Notes: a model not told the origin generated them from the sequence alone. Counted from the stretch's first letter, positions 10,487 through 20,807 are shown. The stretch is 62,025 nucleotides of DNA from an uncultured virus (IMG/VR IMGVR_UViG_3300028840_007129) (IMGVR_UViG_3300028840_007129), one strand, 5' to 3'. Made by a program: numbers and translations.

Positions 10487-10813
10487 TTAAATGCAAACAT
10501 CTTTCCAGATACGCCACTGAGTTTCTACGAGGTGTTTTGAATCAGCGAGGCTCATACCGGTGTTTTGCCGGATGAGCTTGATGAGGATGATTTTGGATCG
10601 GAGGTCCAGTTCTTTGCTACCTTTTAAGATTATCTGCCTCATCGTTACTTTTTCACCATTGAAATCAGTATACCAGTTGAAATTTATCTTTGACGATGGG
10701 TCTTCCATGATGGTTGGATCGGAGATGTATACATAATCCCGAGTGATCCTATCGATTATGATGCCTTTATTCCTCAAATACTCGATAAATTCCTGGTGCC
10801 TCATTCTTCTCAT
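10487..10813 (-). CDS. protein with ribosomal L7/L12 CTD-like motif
   Basis: KIILIKLIRQNTGMSLADSKHLVE resembles the L7/L12 C-terminal motif. Confidence 0.6.
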   Translation of the reverse strand: MRRMRHQEFIEYLRNKGIIIDRITRDYVYISDPTIMEDPSSKINFNWYTDFNGEKVTMRQIILKGSKELDLRSKIILIKLIRQNTGMSLADSKHLVETQWRIWKDVCI

Positions 10814-10901
10814 GGTTTAGTCCTGGTTTAGAAAATCTGTTGAAATCGTTTTCACTCAGATTTTCAAGGGAGCCTTTCCTCTCCCTGAATATGAGCGTTT
10901 C

Positions 10902-11026
10902 GGCCAACGCCCGCGCTATCGGTGCCGTGCAATCATACATGGGGTAGCATCACATAGTCTATTACACAGCACACACCCTTTGTCAGGATTATGTTTCTCA
11001 CATGGCACCATAGGGGGCTGTTATGC
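10902..11026 (-). other. attC-like imperfect palindrome (125 bp)
   Basis: minus strand GCATAAC...GTTGGCC ends; inner arms CTATGGTGCCATG / CACGGCACCGATAG with extra bases. Confidence 0.5.
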
Positions 11027-11297
11027 TTAGTGCCCAACTCCTTAGTGTAAGCGGCGATGTCTTTGTCCATTTGATGGCATCTCAGTGCTTTGAGTGCGGC
11101 ATTGAGGCTTTTTTTTGTTACCGCAACCCACTCTCCAATAAACGAAACAGACGTTTGGGTCGAAACGCATAGAGAGCCGCCACATAATCGCTTTTGGTCG
11201 CTGTGTCGGCCCCTTCCGCTGGCTGTTGTGGTTGCAGGGCTTCGAGTGCGGCAAGGCGCTTTTCGTGGTCCTCCAGAATGGCTAGAATTTTATCCAT
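10933..11297 (-). pseudogene. probably frameshifted small gene
   Basis: MDKILAIL...YVAALYAF continues in the -1 frame as STQTSVSFIGEWV...; one extra T in GCGTTTCG would join them. Confidence 0.35.
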
Positions 11298-11327
11298 TTT
11301 GTACCTCTGAGGCAAATCGAAACTGTT

Positions 11328-11516
11328 TCAAACCCCCTCGTTTTCATCTTCTGAATTAACATAATATTTGTGGTGTTCATAATATTTGTAGTGATATATA
11401 CTATCACTGTCTATCCCAAATAACTTATCAATGATAGTGAATATAGCTCCAAGAGAAGCCATAGTAGAAATGGTCAGAAGAATACCGATTCCGAGATAAT
11501 AGAAGAAGGTATACAT
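11328..11516 (-). CDS. small membrane protein
   Basis: N-terminal hydrophobic segment. Confidence 0.55.
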   Translation of the reverse strand: MYTFFYYLGIGILLTISTMASLGAIFTIIDKLFGIDSDSIYHYKYYEHHKYYVNSEDENEGV

Positions 11517-11547
11517 ATTTTTATGCGTTTTGTTTTACATAACCGCT

Positions 11548-11955
11548 TCATGCGTTGATGAGGGCCGTTTCAAGTATAGGGGTAATCCAGTCTATCCCCA
11601 TACAGATATAGAGCTCTTGCGGGTTGGCAAAGGCCTGGATAACGCACTTGAACTCTTCAGCCTTACGGAAATCGAATTTTACATGACAGCGAGTTTCGTT
11701 TTTGGGGGTTAGATATACGAATATGAAATCGGGTCGTTTCATTTCCACGATTTTTATGCCAATGACATAGGGGCCTTTTCTGAACCAGTGATACTGGGGT
11801 ATAAGAGAGGTCACCTTAGAGAAAAAAGAACTATCATCACCCCAATTAGAGGGATAAACCGTTTCAAAGAGGGAGCCAAGATAGTTGAACCAGAATTCCT
11901 TCTGTAGATAAACGATCCTGTCTTTATATGTTGGCGACTCGTTATTCATAATCAT
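11548..11955 (-). CDS. hypothetical protein
   Basis: 135 aa, GAGGAGG RBS. Confidence 0.75.
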   Translation of the reverse strand: MIMNNESPTYKDRIVYLQKEFWFNYLGSLFETVYPSNWGDDSSFFSKVTSLIPQYHWFRKGPYVIGIKIVEMKRPDFIFVYLTPKNETRCHVKFDFRKAEEFKCVIQAFANPQELYICMGIDWITPILETALINA

Positions 11956-12032
11956 AATTGGTGCCTCCTCTGTAATTATTATACAGGAAAAACGGCAAAA
12001 AATAACATTTAAAGTGTAACTGACTGAATTTA

Positions 12033-12743
12033 CTACTGATGCAGGAACATATCGATAAGCTCAGTATTGGTCTGTATTCGAGCTTCCAGGGGGTCAGACA
12101 TGGGGGTTTCGGTGCAAAGGGTTAGGGGCACCCCAAGATGATAGAGCAGGTCTTCGAAGGTACCATCGTGTGTGTTAAGTACCAGGCCGTTATTGATGGG
12201 TATGTTCTTGTAGATTCCTTTTTCCAATATACCGTGTCTTTTGGTTCCTACGGAAATCATCTCATGAACCACGGGCGGGACCGGGTCTGGGGACATGCAA
12301 TATAGGTAGAAATTACTGTTGGTCGGGTCCTCATGTAGTGTGAGGAACCCATCTATAGATAGGATTCTGAGCAGGTCGAGATTATTCTGCAGGATTTGAG
12401 ATTCCAGGCAAAGTTCATGGATTTCGTGTATCCATCCTGAGTTCGGAGACTGCTTGAGATAATTAAACCGGGAATCAAGAAGATATCCCGTCGGATTTAC
12501 CAGGGGAAGGTAGGAAGTGTTAGGGTGGGGGTCATGAGTCTCAAGGTATTCCATGAGCCCTAAGGGGCCTGCTATTTCGTTGCCATGGAATCCCGCTGCA
12601 ATAAGATATCGAGGTTTTTTTGGAACGAATAATTTAGGTGTAAGCAAGTAGATAGGATAGTATGTCGAGTATGCGTAATCGAGGATATTCAGTTGGTAGT
12701 TAAGACATCGGACTCTCTTAAAGAAGTCCTTAAGTGAGCTCAT
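12033..12743 (-). CDS. M14-type metallopeptidase / succinylglutamate desuccinylase-like
   Basis: GFHGNE, PLVNP.GY, LTLHED, ETP motifs. Confidence 0.8.
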   Translation of the reverse strand: MSSLKDFFKRVRCLNYQLNILDYAYSTYYPIYLLTPKLFVPKKPRYLIAAGFHGNEIAGPLGLMEYLETHDPHPNTSYLPLVNPTGYLLDSRFNYLKQSPNSGWIHEIHELCLESQILQNNLDLLRILSIDGFLTLHEDPTNSNFYLYCMSPDPVPPVVHEMISVGTKRHGILEKGIYKNIPINNGLVLNTHDGTFEDLLYHLGVPLTLCTETPMSDPLEARIQTNTELIDMFLHQ

Positions 12744-13369
12744 TTAATGGGCTTAGCCTTACTCAGGTCGAATTTAGGTTCTTTTCCAGATACTATTATA
12801 CCAAGATGATGGTAGCGTTTATTATCATCACCCACATCATGCCATCTCTTCATAAGGTCTTTATTCTGGAGATAGCTGTAGCCTATTTGGGAGGGGTCCA
12901 TAAAGAATAACCCCTCAGAATCGTACCCACAAGCTACAACATAATGCCCGTCTTTCCATTCTTCTGAGTAATCCGGATTATCTTCTTCATCATTCCAGGC
13001 CTGGATGTCCAGGATTACCGGGGTCTTTTTATCGATAGATTTCCGGACACTGTCCATGGTCATATCTGTGCTGAGATGGGCATCGAAATTGAATTTCCTG
13101 GCGGCTTTCAGGAAGTCTTCGGGAGATGTTCCGCCCAGGGTGGTGTCGAGTGTCTTCATGGCGTCTTTCTCGGGGATATTATGGCCGTAGTATCCCAGGA
13201 TAGCCAGGAAGGAGGCAGACCCACAGGAGTAGGTGGTGCTCTGACGTATAAGGGGGACTTCTAGGAAGGTGTCGGCTTCTTTGATGTCTCTTACGGGCTT
13301 GGTTCTATCTACGTAGGTGTCGATGGACTTCTTGAGATAACTGGATACGACTGTTTTGGGACTGGGCAT
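12740..13369 (-). CDS. C39-like cysteine peptidase
   Basis: QSTTYSCG, GHYVV, MDP; start set at MPSPK after GAGG. Confidence 0.85.
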   Translation of the reverse strand: MPSPKTVVSSYLKKSIDTYVDRTKPVRDIKEADTFLEVPLIRQSTTYSCGSASFLAILGYYGHNIPEKDAMKTLDTTLGGTSPEDFLKAARKFNFDAHLSTDMTMDSVRKSIDKKTPVILDIQAWNDEEDNPDYSEEWKDGHYVVACGYDSEGLFFMDPSQIGYSYLQNKDLMKRWHDVGDDNKRYHHLGIIVSGKEPKFDLSKAKPIK

Positions 13370-13401
13370 GGCTATACCTCTTTTTATCCAGATTCTGGGT
13401 A

Positions 13402-13608
13402 TTAAGAGCTTATCGGAGGTTTCCATGCTTTTCCTTCTGCCAGGCCTCTCTCAGACGCTTCCTTCTGAGACCTGACGGCTATCAGACGCTTCCTTTTGTC
13501 CTGGCGGCGTTCATACAGCAAAAACAAAAGCTGAAGAAGAGGCCCACCACAAACAAAGAAAAACAAAAACACACCACACACCCACAGTTCCCACGATTCA
13601 ACGTACAT
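13402..13608 (-). CDS. small membrane protein
   Basis: GGAG RBS, MYVESWELWV followed by a hydrophobic stretch. Confidence 0.45.
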   Translation of the reverse strand: MYVESWELWVCGVFLFFFVCGGPLLQLLFLLYERRQDKRKRLIAVRSQKEASERGLAEGKAWKPPISS

Positions 13609-13627
13609 ATTTAACTCCAGTTTAGCG

Positions 13628-13683
13628 CGATAACAGTACCGCAATGTTTTTCTTTTTTCGTGGCGTTCCTTTGCGAGTTGTAT
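13628..13683 (-). other. degenerate attC-like site
   Basis: minus strand ATACAAC-TCGCAA...TTGCGG-TACT-GTTATCG. Confidence 0.3.
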
Positions 13684-13805
13684 GACGTTTGGCCGCTTCC
13701 ATTGCATTCAGGGCGGCACAGACTTCGTTGGCATACGTCAAAGATTCCTTCTCAATATCACTATCAGTTTCTTGAACGCCAGTCGGACACCTACGAAGTG
13801 CTTCT

Positions 13806-14552
13806 TCATTTCTGACCTATGAAATAGAAGCAGGTCTTATTGATATCATCCCCTATCATGGGGGTTTCCGTGATGTAGACCGTCCTGAACTGGCTCATAA
13901 ACTCCCTCAGGTAGGATTCTGAGAGCCGTATCGGGTGGCCCGCATCATAGAAGTTCGGGATGTTCTCTATTCGGGAGGAGCATTCATGAAAGACGATGTA
14001 ACCGCCCTTCCTCACCGCATTGTAAGTCACTTCCAGGGCCTTGTTAGCATCCATGCAATGCGATAAGACATTGATGATGATTACCAGGTCGTAGGGCTCC
14101 TCAACCCTAAAAGATTCGACGGGCATCTCATGTAGGGTTACCGGTTTATTAAAGAGGGCTTTATTGGCATAGGTGCAGTTTCTGTGAGACAGATATGTGT
14201 TTATGAGTGGATCGAGCAGGTCGATTTTGGTGAAGCCCAGGTCTGGAAAGACACGCAGGTTGGTAAAAGGTCCGCACCCTAGTTCTATGACTCGTGGTAG
14301 GTTCTCATTTTTTAGGCACTCATAGTCGTTGAATGCCCTCTTATGAGCCATGTTTCGGTCATCTTTGCTATTAGGGTTAAGGATCATCCATGTTTTGAAC
14401 TCGAAGTTCTGGGCCCTGTTCCATCGTTTCTCAGGTACTGCGGTGACGCCCTTATATGATAGATAGGGTGTATCATTATCAAAACTAAGGCGGCTTTCGG
14501 CCTCTTTCCCGGTGAAGATTTTGCAATCGTTATCGATATACGTCTTATCCAT
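13806..14552 (-). CDS. class I SAM-dependent methyltransferase
   Basis: VIELGCGP, YDLVIIINVLSH, GGYIVF. Confidence 0.85.
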   Translation of the reverse strand: MDKTYIDNDCKIFTGKEAESRLSFDNDTPYLSYKGVTAVPEKRWNRAQNFEFKTWMILNPNSKDDRNMAHKRAFNDYECLKNENLPRVIELGCGPFTNLRVFPDLGFTKIDLLDPLINTYLSHRNCTYANKALFNKPVTLHEMPVESFRVEEPYDLVIIINVLSHCMDANKALEVTYNAVRKGGYIVFHECSSRIENIPNFYDAGHPIRLSESYLREFMSQFRTVYITETPMIGDDINKTCFYFIGQK

Positions 14553-14970
14553 TAGAAGCCTCCGTCATAACCTTCTTTATTGTATCAGCAAGGGCTTTCA
14601 AGCCCTCAGGATTGTCTACGTGATATGAGCCGATGGCGAATCCTTTATTGTAGTTGGGGTTTATAGATCCGGCATGACCCTCAATTCTTGCGTCTTTACC
14701 ATGGGTGTTATAGAGGTCCCAGGCATAAGAGGGCGGAATGCCCGGACCCTGAGCCACCCAATAATACCAAGCTCTGGTGAACCCCCACGGCCCCACGCTG
14801 CCTATTATGCTAGTTTTCACTTCCCCTTTAAGCGTAAAGGGCATCTTATGAACTTCAATTCCGGCGTTCTCTAATTCTTTCGAGAGCAGGTCATCAACGT
14901 CATCTCTTCCGGCATAATTCGGAAAAACTTTTCCGTGTGCCATCGAGTTACTTGGGCATAGTGCCATCAA
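14545..14970 (-). CDS. hypothetical protein
   Basis: 141-aa ORF within a tight operon. Confidence 0.75.
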   Translation of the reverse strand: MMALCPSNSMAHGKVFPNYAGRDDVDDLLSKELENAGIEVHKMPFTLKGEVKTSIIGSVGPWGFTRAWYYWVAQGPGIPPSYAWDLYNTHGKDARIEGHAGSINPNYNKGFAIGSYHVDNPEGLKALADTIKKVMTEASNG

Positions 14971-14971
14971 C

Positions 14972-16792
14972 TTATTCCTTCGCTTTGAGTTTATTAGTAA
15001 TCATCCTGAAAGCGGTTGATTCTTCCTTCGTAAGGGCCCTTTTCCATTTGTTCTTGAGTTTCCACCAGGATACCGCTTTTCGGATTTTTTTCCTATTGGT
15101 CTCGTTGTAGTCCATCTTCAGAGTGCTGGCAATCATTTTGCAGAACTCTTCTTCTAAGGCTTCCTCATCTATCTTGAACTTTCTCAACCATGTAAGTGTC
15201 GGGATGAGATGCAGATAGTCTTTACGATCTAACCTGCTATGCAGATAGTAGTCGATGTCTTCGAGGGTGATTTCATCAACGTTGAGGACTTCATCACTAT
15301 AGAACAGCCAGGAGACCCGCCTTTTCCGCTTTCTACATTCCCAGGTACGTCTATCCCAGTAGTCCTCATTTTCCGGCATGTAGAGTACCTTAAACTCCGA
15401 TCCGTGGGATAAGTAGTTCCCTCTTGGATCTTCTTTGGAAGCTATGACGTTTAGGACATCTCCGAAACTGGGTGGATAGGCCGGTCTGAAGGGTTCGGCA
15501 CGCCAGCCATCATTGTCGTTACCATTAATTTTGAAAAAGCGCTTTGTGGTAGCTCTACAGATTCTAGACCCTACCGTTACGGTTTCTTGGTTCTTCTTAA
15601 GAAACTCTCTCCACCGGGGTCTACCATCCCCCAGCCAGAACTCCGGTTCATCATCACGAATGAACTTCACCAGATGATCTGGGGCACCATCTGGTTTTGT
15701 GAGGTTTACCTTACCTTTGAGGTTCGTTCCGAGTATATCGGTTCTTTCTATAATACCCTGGATGGCGATAAGGCCATATAGGTAGGATTCGTGTAGCTTT
15801 AAGAGGTCTTTTTTTCGCCAGTCATTTGGGGTATCTTTATCCAAAATGATGGATGAGTATTCAAGCTGCTTAGGGAAGAGTCTATCACTGATGTATACAT
15901 TGGACCAGATACGGTAGATATTTTCTCCATTTCTTATCAGAAAGTAGGTCTGTTTGTTCCATGTTGAGTATTGAGCGCTTGTTATCGCATCAGATCCTTC
16001 ATACGATTTTTTGCTTCTACGTACCTGCCAGGCAATGATGCTTTTCTGCTTATAGGCGAATTTATCGATGTTTTTAACTATCCAGGTATCAAACTCGTCT
16101 ATATTGGAGAAGTCTATACCATCATCATCGTAGATACCCACCTCTTCATCCATGTAGAGCTTTTGTTGGAAAAGGGTAAGGGGGGTATCAGGGTCGGAAG
16201 GTTTTCCGGATGCAATCTGGACGACTTCTTCCTGGAGTCCCAGATAGGTCTCAATTATATAGACTACTTTTTTCTTCTTATCGATCTCTTCATTCAGAGC
16301 AGCCATGGCTTTATTCATCTCACTCACCATGGCTTCTAGTTCTGCCTTTTTCTTTGCTATGGCATCATGCTTCTCTCTAAGCACGAGCTTACTATTGACC
16401 TGTACCAGAGCCTGAGCACTGGTCACTATGGGCAGTTTGGTAGTATCCTCTGTCTCTTCCTGGGTGAGTTCTTTAGGGGCTTCGAGAAGATTCGAGCTCG
16501 GAAGATAGTCCCGGAAATCTATATCGATACAGTCTTTTAATCTTACAGAGCCTACCTTTTTATCTCTTTTTTTGTCGGGACTTACTTCGAAGATGTAGAT
16601 AAGGGGGTCACCCTTGTATGTATTGATATAGCGACGCAGGTCATGGTCGTAGTCACTGGATTTGATGAATTTCTGGTCTACGTATTTCTCAGGAAAGAGT
16701 TCACTGACTTTAAATATACGAATAGCGTGGTCGAGGTTTTTAGCCTCGACCGTAACGCTATCAGAATAGCTGCTGCCGAACGAGAACTTCAT
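14972..16792 (-). CDS. hypothetical phage protein with coiled coil
   Basis: 606-aa ORF. Confidence 0.85.
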   Translation of the reverse strand: MKFSFGSSYSDSVTVEAKNLDHAIRIFKVSELFPEKYVDQKFIKSSDYDHDLRRYINTYKGDPLIYIFEVSPDKKRDKKVGSVRLKDCIDIDFRDYLPSSNLLEAPKELTQEETEDTTKLPIVTSAQALVQVNSKLVLREKHDAIAKKKAELEAMVSEMNKAMAALNEEIDKKKKVVYIIETYLGLQEEVVQIASGKPSDPDTPLTLFQQKLYMDEEVGIYDDDGIDFSNIDEFDTWIVKNIDKFAYKQKSIIAWQVRRSKKSYEGSDAITSAQYSTWNKQTYFLIRNGENIYRIWSNVYISDRLFPKQLEYSSIILDKDTPNDWRKKDLLKLHESYLYGLIAIQGIIERTDILGTNLKGKVNLTKPDGAPDHLVKFIRDDEPEFWLGDGRPRWREFLKKNQETVTVGSRICRATTKRFFKINGNDNDGWRAEPFRPAYPPSFGDVLNVIASKEDPRGNYLSHGSEFKVLYMPENEDYWDRRTWECRKRKRRVSWLFYSDEVLNVDEITLEDIDYYLHSRLDRKDYLHLIPTLTWLRKFKIDEEALEEEFCKMIASTLKMDYNETNRKKIRKAVSWWKLKNKWKRALTKEESTAFRMITNKLKAKE

Positions 16793-17208
16793 CAGGCTTC
16801 GAGCATCCGGTTCAGAGATTCTTTAATTTCAGGTATCATCTGTTTCAGGCCTGTTTTGAGAAGAAGGACTGTAGCTTCATCGAAGGTAGGGGCGAGATTG
16901 GCCTGTTGAACCAGCGCGATGCTGTTGTAGACATCCGTAGGTATGTTCACGGACAGCATCCGGTTACCGTTGGTTTTCCGGCTGGTGAGTGTAACAAGTC
17001 TTTCTCGGTCGACCTTAGTGAAAACGAGGGGGCCATCCGGTTTGGTCCGGATGAACTTTTCGATGGTCTGGGCTACGCTGTAGACGGGGTCCAGAGCTGA
17101 GGAACTTACCAGTTTCCTTTTCAGGATTTCTTTTGCCAAGTCCCTGGAGGACATGGGCTTGGTGCAGTCTCCGAGAACCTGTACGGCCGCTTCGTGGCTG
17201 GACATCAT
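16792..17208 (-). CDS. winged HTH (HARE-HTH-like) DNA-binding protein
   Basis: AAVQVL...PMSSRDLAKEILKRKL pattern; GAGG RBS. Confidence 0.65.
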   Translation of the reverse strand: MMSSHEAAVQVLGDCTKPMSSRDLAKEILKRKLVSSSALDPVYSVAQTIEKFIRTKPDGPLVFTKVDRERLVTLTSRKTNGNRMLSVNIPTDVYNSIALVQQANLAPTFDEATVLLLKTGLKQMIPEIKESLNRMLEA

Positions 17209-17252
17209 GGGTCACCTCTCTTTTTTGGATTTTATTTTCCCGTGACCCTTTA

Positions 17253-17281
17253 AATATACATCAACCAGAAAAGTAAGTCAA
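17253..17281 (-). promoter_or_regulatory. sigma70-type promoter
   Basis: TTGACT-17-TATATT upstream of 17208. Confidence 0.7.
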
Positions 17282-17297
17282 GGCTTTTTTGTATTTT

Positions 17298-17522
17298 TTA
17301 CTTTTTTGTTGGTTTTGAGCACCTAGGGCACTCATGGGGCATTCTAGAGGGTTTTTCGAAAACCATTCGATACCCGCATCTTTCACAGAAATGTACATCC
17401 AGGTCGAGGTCAGAGGGAGATATACCCAGGACATCTAAGAAGAACTTGTTCGTAGCCCTTTTTACCGGAGCAGACTGACTCAGAATTACGCCGATAGCAG
17501 ACCCCAGTATAATCTCCCACAC
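17298..17522 (-). CDS. small Zn-ribbon protein with hydrophobic N-terminus
   Basis: CERCG...CPRC. Confidence 0.65.
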   Translation of the reverse strand: MWEIILGSAIGVILSQSAPVKRATNKFFLDVLGISPSDLDLDVHFCERCGYRMVFEKPSRMPHECPRCSKPTKK

Positions 17523-17528
17523 AGTACG

Positions 17529-17714
17529 TTACTCCTCTACTACGGAGTTTTGGGGCTCTTCACCTTGTCCTGCACCATGGCCTTTTTTTACTGATCCGGT
17601 GTAATTGTATTGGAAGTAATTTCCTACTTTCCGTCGGGCTACAGCACCTTTCTTAGAAGCGCCCTTTTTGGTAGCCCCCTTCTTATTCTTCATCATTCGT
17701 TCGTACTGGTTCAT
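17529..17714 (-). CDS. small basic protein
   Basis: KKGA x3; start at MNQYE. Confidence 0.5.
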   Translation of the reverse strand: MNQYERMMKNKKGATKKGASKKGAVARRKVGNYFQYNYTGSVKKGHGAGQGEEPQNSVVEE

Positions 17715-18480
17715 CCCCACTCCTTTGGATAATTCGTGCATTGTCCTTATTCGCGTAACAGTAAGCGCATCCGTGGTTACATCGACCAAGATAGATTTGT
17801 CGTTTTTTTATCACACATTTACATCCGGGCCTCTGGAAACCCGGTTCTATAGCAACGAATTCTTCTACACTGAGTGCTCTAAGAAGATTTTCATTAACGC
17901 ACCCGTCATGTATAGCGCCTTCCACTTCATAGGGCATCCCACAGAGAGTTATGTCTAAATCCGGCCTTGTTTTCTTAACGCAATCAATCCACATCTCGGC
18001 TACTATTTTTTTAGGGAAAAGGGCCCTACCATGTTTCTCCTTATAAGTAATCATTCTCGAAATACCGAGTTTGTGGAATATCTTCTCATGGCCGGAATAA
18101 TACTGGATTATGGAGCTTATGACTCGTGGCTTTCCTACAATCCCCTTAATGACTCTGAGAGCTCTTAGAAAACCCTCTGTCGTTGGAATTACGGGGTCTA
18201 CTCTTAACAACACCCTTTCAATAGGGATTTCTTTGATGAGCTTATTGAAGTAGTCTATCATTACATTCGGGGCGAAAACATTCGGTTCTAACCATGTTCC
18301 GCCCCATCCGGATATAGTTATCCCTATGGCTACGTTACTTTTATCTTTCAGATAGTCTATAGGTAGTGTCGCTTTTGAATAGAGTATAACCGGGTGCCCC
18401 TCATTTATAACGCGGTCGACAGCGGGCCAGTTCATCACTGGGTCGCTCATCTCTGTGGCATAGACGTATTCTGTCTTCAT
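17683..18480 (-). CDS. DUF1848-like Fe-S / radical-SAM-related protein
   Basis: LRVDPVIP; C-terminal RPGCKC...CNHGCAYCYAN. Confidence 0.7.
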   Translation of the reverse strand: MKTEYVYATEMSDPVMNWPAVDRVINEGHPVILYSKATLPIDYLKDKSNVAIGITISGWGGTWLEPNVFAPNVMIDYFNKLIKEIPIERVLLRVDPVIPTTEGFLRALRVIKGIVGKPRVISSIIQYYSGHEKIFHKLGISRMITYKEKHGRALFPKKIVAEMWIDCVKKTRPDLDITLCGMPYEVEGAIHDGCVNENLLRALSVEEFVAIEPGFQRPGCKCVIKKRQIYLGRCNHGCAYCYANKDNARIIQRSGDEPVRTNDEE

Positions 18481-19265
18481 TATCTTCCGAATTCAAAGCT
18501 CACACAGACGCCATGCTTGTACATACGGTAAGGGGGAGGGTCATTCCACGGCCAATTATGATAATCGTAATCAAGAGCCCAGTAACCGGCCATTAAACCT
18601 ATAGATGCTGCTCTTATTATGAGGGGCGTGTATTTGAAACCCCTCTCTTCAAGTACCTCTGCTATCTGGTCACAAATTTCGAAGCTGGCTGCAGCTATCA
18701 ACGTGCTTACCAAATCATGCCAGAACATCCATGCGTGTTCTGCTGATATGATTCTGAATTCATAATCCAGGGACCATCTATCGATAAAAGAGGGTTTAAA
18801 GAATCTCTGTAGAGGAAGAGCTACCCCAAACAGCATATAGTTAGAGTATTTCAGCTTATTATTCTTATGCAGGAGCTCTGTCATCGTGCTGTTCCCGAAG
18901 TCTCTGTAGATATCGCTGGGAAGGTCAAAATACAGAGCCCCGAAACCCGTCCCGAACTTTAAGAAGTATACCCAACCCTCATACCCGAGGTAAGAGCTGT
19001 AAATTTTAGTTTTTTCTGCATACTGGTCTATCCCCATTCTATCCATATCAAAGGACCAGTAAATGTTCATTCCATGAAAACCCCGATACAGCTTTTCCTT
19101 TATGCCGATTCTAGCCCCGAAGCCGAAATCCCTTGTGTAGGTTTCCTTAGATACCCGAGAAGGGACAGCCAGATTACCTGTAATACCACAGAAGAAGGCT
19201 TCTGTTTTCTCTTGGGCAAACAGTGCTGTTACTGCAAGGCAGATAATAAAGACTGTTTTTGACAT
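18480..19265 (-). CDS. secreted / outer-membrane protein
   Basis: signal peptide ending ALFA-QEK; aromatic-rich strands. Confidence 0.6.
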   Translation of the reverse strand: MSKTVFIICLAVTALFAQEKTEAFFCGITGNLAVPSRVSKETYTRDFGFGARIGIKEKLYRGFHGMNIYWSFDMDRMGIDQYAEKTKIYSSYLGYEGWVYFLKFGTGFGALYFDLPSDIYRDFGNSTMTELLHKNNKLKYSNYMLFGVALPLQRFFKPSFIDRWSLDYEFRIISAEHAWMFWHDLVSTLIAAASFEICDQIAEVLEERGFKYTPLIIRAASIGLMAGYWALDYDYHNWPWNDPPPYRMYKHGVCVSFEFGR

Positions 19266-19522
19266 AGTTTCCCTCAGCTATTTACGTTACATGCCCCATT
19301 GGTACAGGTACAACAATCCCCCGCGCAAGACCATTATAAAATGATAGCGGATTATCTTATAAATTTAAAGTACCCATATATAACTAAAGACTTTTCAATC
19401 GGTTAGACAATAAGACCTTTATTTATGACTTATAATTAACTATTGTTATTTAAAGAGGTATTGAATGAAGAAGTGCATATTATTCTGTGCCATTATACGC
19501 AGCTTTGAATTAGTATGATATT

Positions 19523-19648
19523 ATGCCACTGAGGCCAACAAGACCGACTAAGACAGCGAAACCGGCTCGGGCTAAAAAACCGACGCTGAAACCGACAAAG
19601 CTCGCAAAGACGAATAAGCCTGCTAAGCCTGCAAGAACAGTTCGATAA
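19523..19648 (+). CDS. 41-aa Lys/Pro/Thr/Ala-rich basic peptide (not in ORF track)
   Basis: MPLRPTRPTKTAKPARAKKPTLKPTKLAKTNKPAKPARTVR. Confidence 0.55.
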   Translation: MPLRPTRPTKTAKPARAKKPTLKPTKLAKTNKPAKPARTVR

Positions 19649-19672
19649 AGCCCTCCCGAGAGGGAGTCCTGA

Positions 19673-20002
19673 ATGGATGAAGAACAGCTAAATCAAGTAT
19701 TACAAGTGTTAATGCAGCGGGTACGCTCTTGTATGGAGAGCTATCTGGATAGTGATGGAGAGCCACACGATGCCCTTATAGCTATCGAGGCACTCTTCGA
19801 GAGGGAAGCGAATAGTCTTTGTGATGAGGGGTATGAAGTATCTGCTGATGAGCTCATGAGACTAACGTTCGAGAAGTTCTCGGAGGCTGTATTTAGTAGT
19901 CTCCAATTTTTGAAATTCATGTCATGTACACACAAGGACATCTATCCAAAATGTTCAGAATGCCCATCGAAAAAGGCGAATCCACCTATAATCGCTATGT
20001 AA
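19673..20002 (+). CDS. hypothetical protein
   Basis: GGAG RBS, 109 aa. Confidence 0.7.
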   Translation: MDEEQLNQVLQVLMQRVRSCMESYLDSDGEPHDALIAIEALFEREANSLCDEGYEVSADELMRLTFEKFSEAVFSSLQFLKFMSCTHKDIYPKCSECPSKKANPPIIAM

Positions 20003-20174
20003 TCTTGCTGGTTCTTCTGTTGATGGTTTCATGCAGCAGGTATACCATTACGAAGAGGCAGTTTGGTCTGAATGAGGTTCACACAATCAATAAGAACGAT
20101 ATTCTTTCAATCGATACAGTATATTTTGAAGGAGGTGGCTCACTCAAAGTAATCGAGTACAGGGAGCGTGTACC

Positions 20175-20807
20175 ATGGAAGCACAGATAGACACCTTTGT
20201 TGAGTACTCAAGGCTCGCTGCTCAAAAGGGTCTGGTTCAGTGCAGCAGCGGTAACCTATCTAGCCGTCTTGATTCTGAAATCCTTTACCCATACATCTTC
20301 ATAAAAAGATCCGGTGCCTGGATGGAAAGGATGACCAAGAAGGATGTCAGTGTCTTTAACCTTAATACTATGGAGGACTTAAATGATGTGAAGCCTTCAT
20401 CTGAGGTTAAACTCCATCAACAGATTTATGCATGCCGACCGGATGTTAATGTCATTTTGCATTCACAGCCGCCTTTCGCCACAGCTCTATCATGTATGGG
20501 TATCCCAGATAACTTCGACTTTGGGCTTATTCCTGAGATCCCCTATTATTGTGGGGAGATATGCACAGTTCCGTATCTGGACCCCGGTTCCCAAGAGCTT
20601 GCAGACGCTGTCTCTAATGCAGTGGCCCAGTTGTTCAATGTCGTGATTATGTGCAACCACGGAATTGTGGTTATCGGTGCCAGTTATGACGAGGTGATTC
20701 AAAGGACCGTCTTTTTCGAGCTGGCTTCATCCATAATGCTCAGAGCAATCACCATCCCCTCACTCAGCCTCATACCAAAAACTTCTAAAATATATAATTC
20801 CAAATAA
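20175..20807 (+). CDS. class II aldolase/adducin family protein
   Basis: SGNLS, PSSE, ILHSQ, NHG. Confidence 0.88.
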   Translation: MEAQIDTFVEYSRLAAQKGLVQCSSGNLSSRLDSEILYPYIFIKRSGAWMERMTKKDVSVFNLNTMEDLNDVKPSSEVKLHQQIYACRPDVNVILHSQPPFATALSCMGIPDNFDFGLIPEIPYYCGEICTVPYLDPGSQELADAVSNAVAQLFNVVIMCNHGIVVIGASYDEVIQRTVFFELASSIMLRAITIPSLSLIPKTSKIYNSK

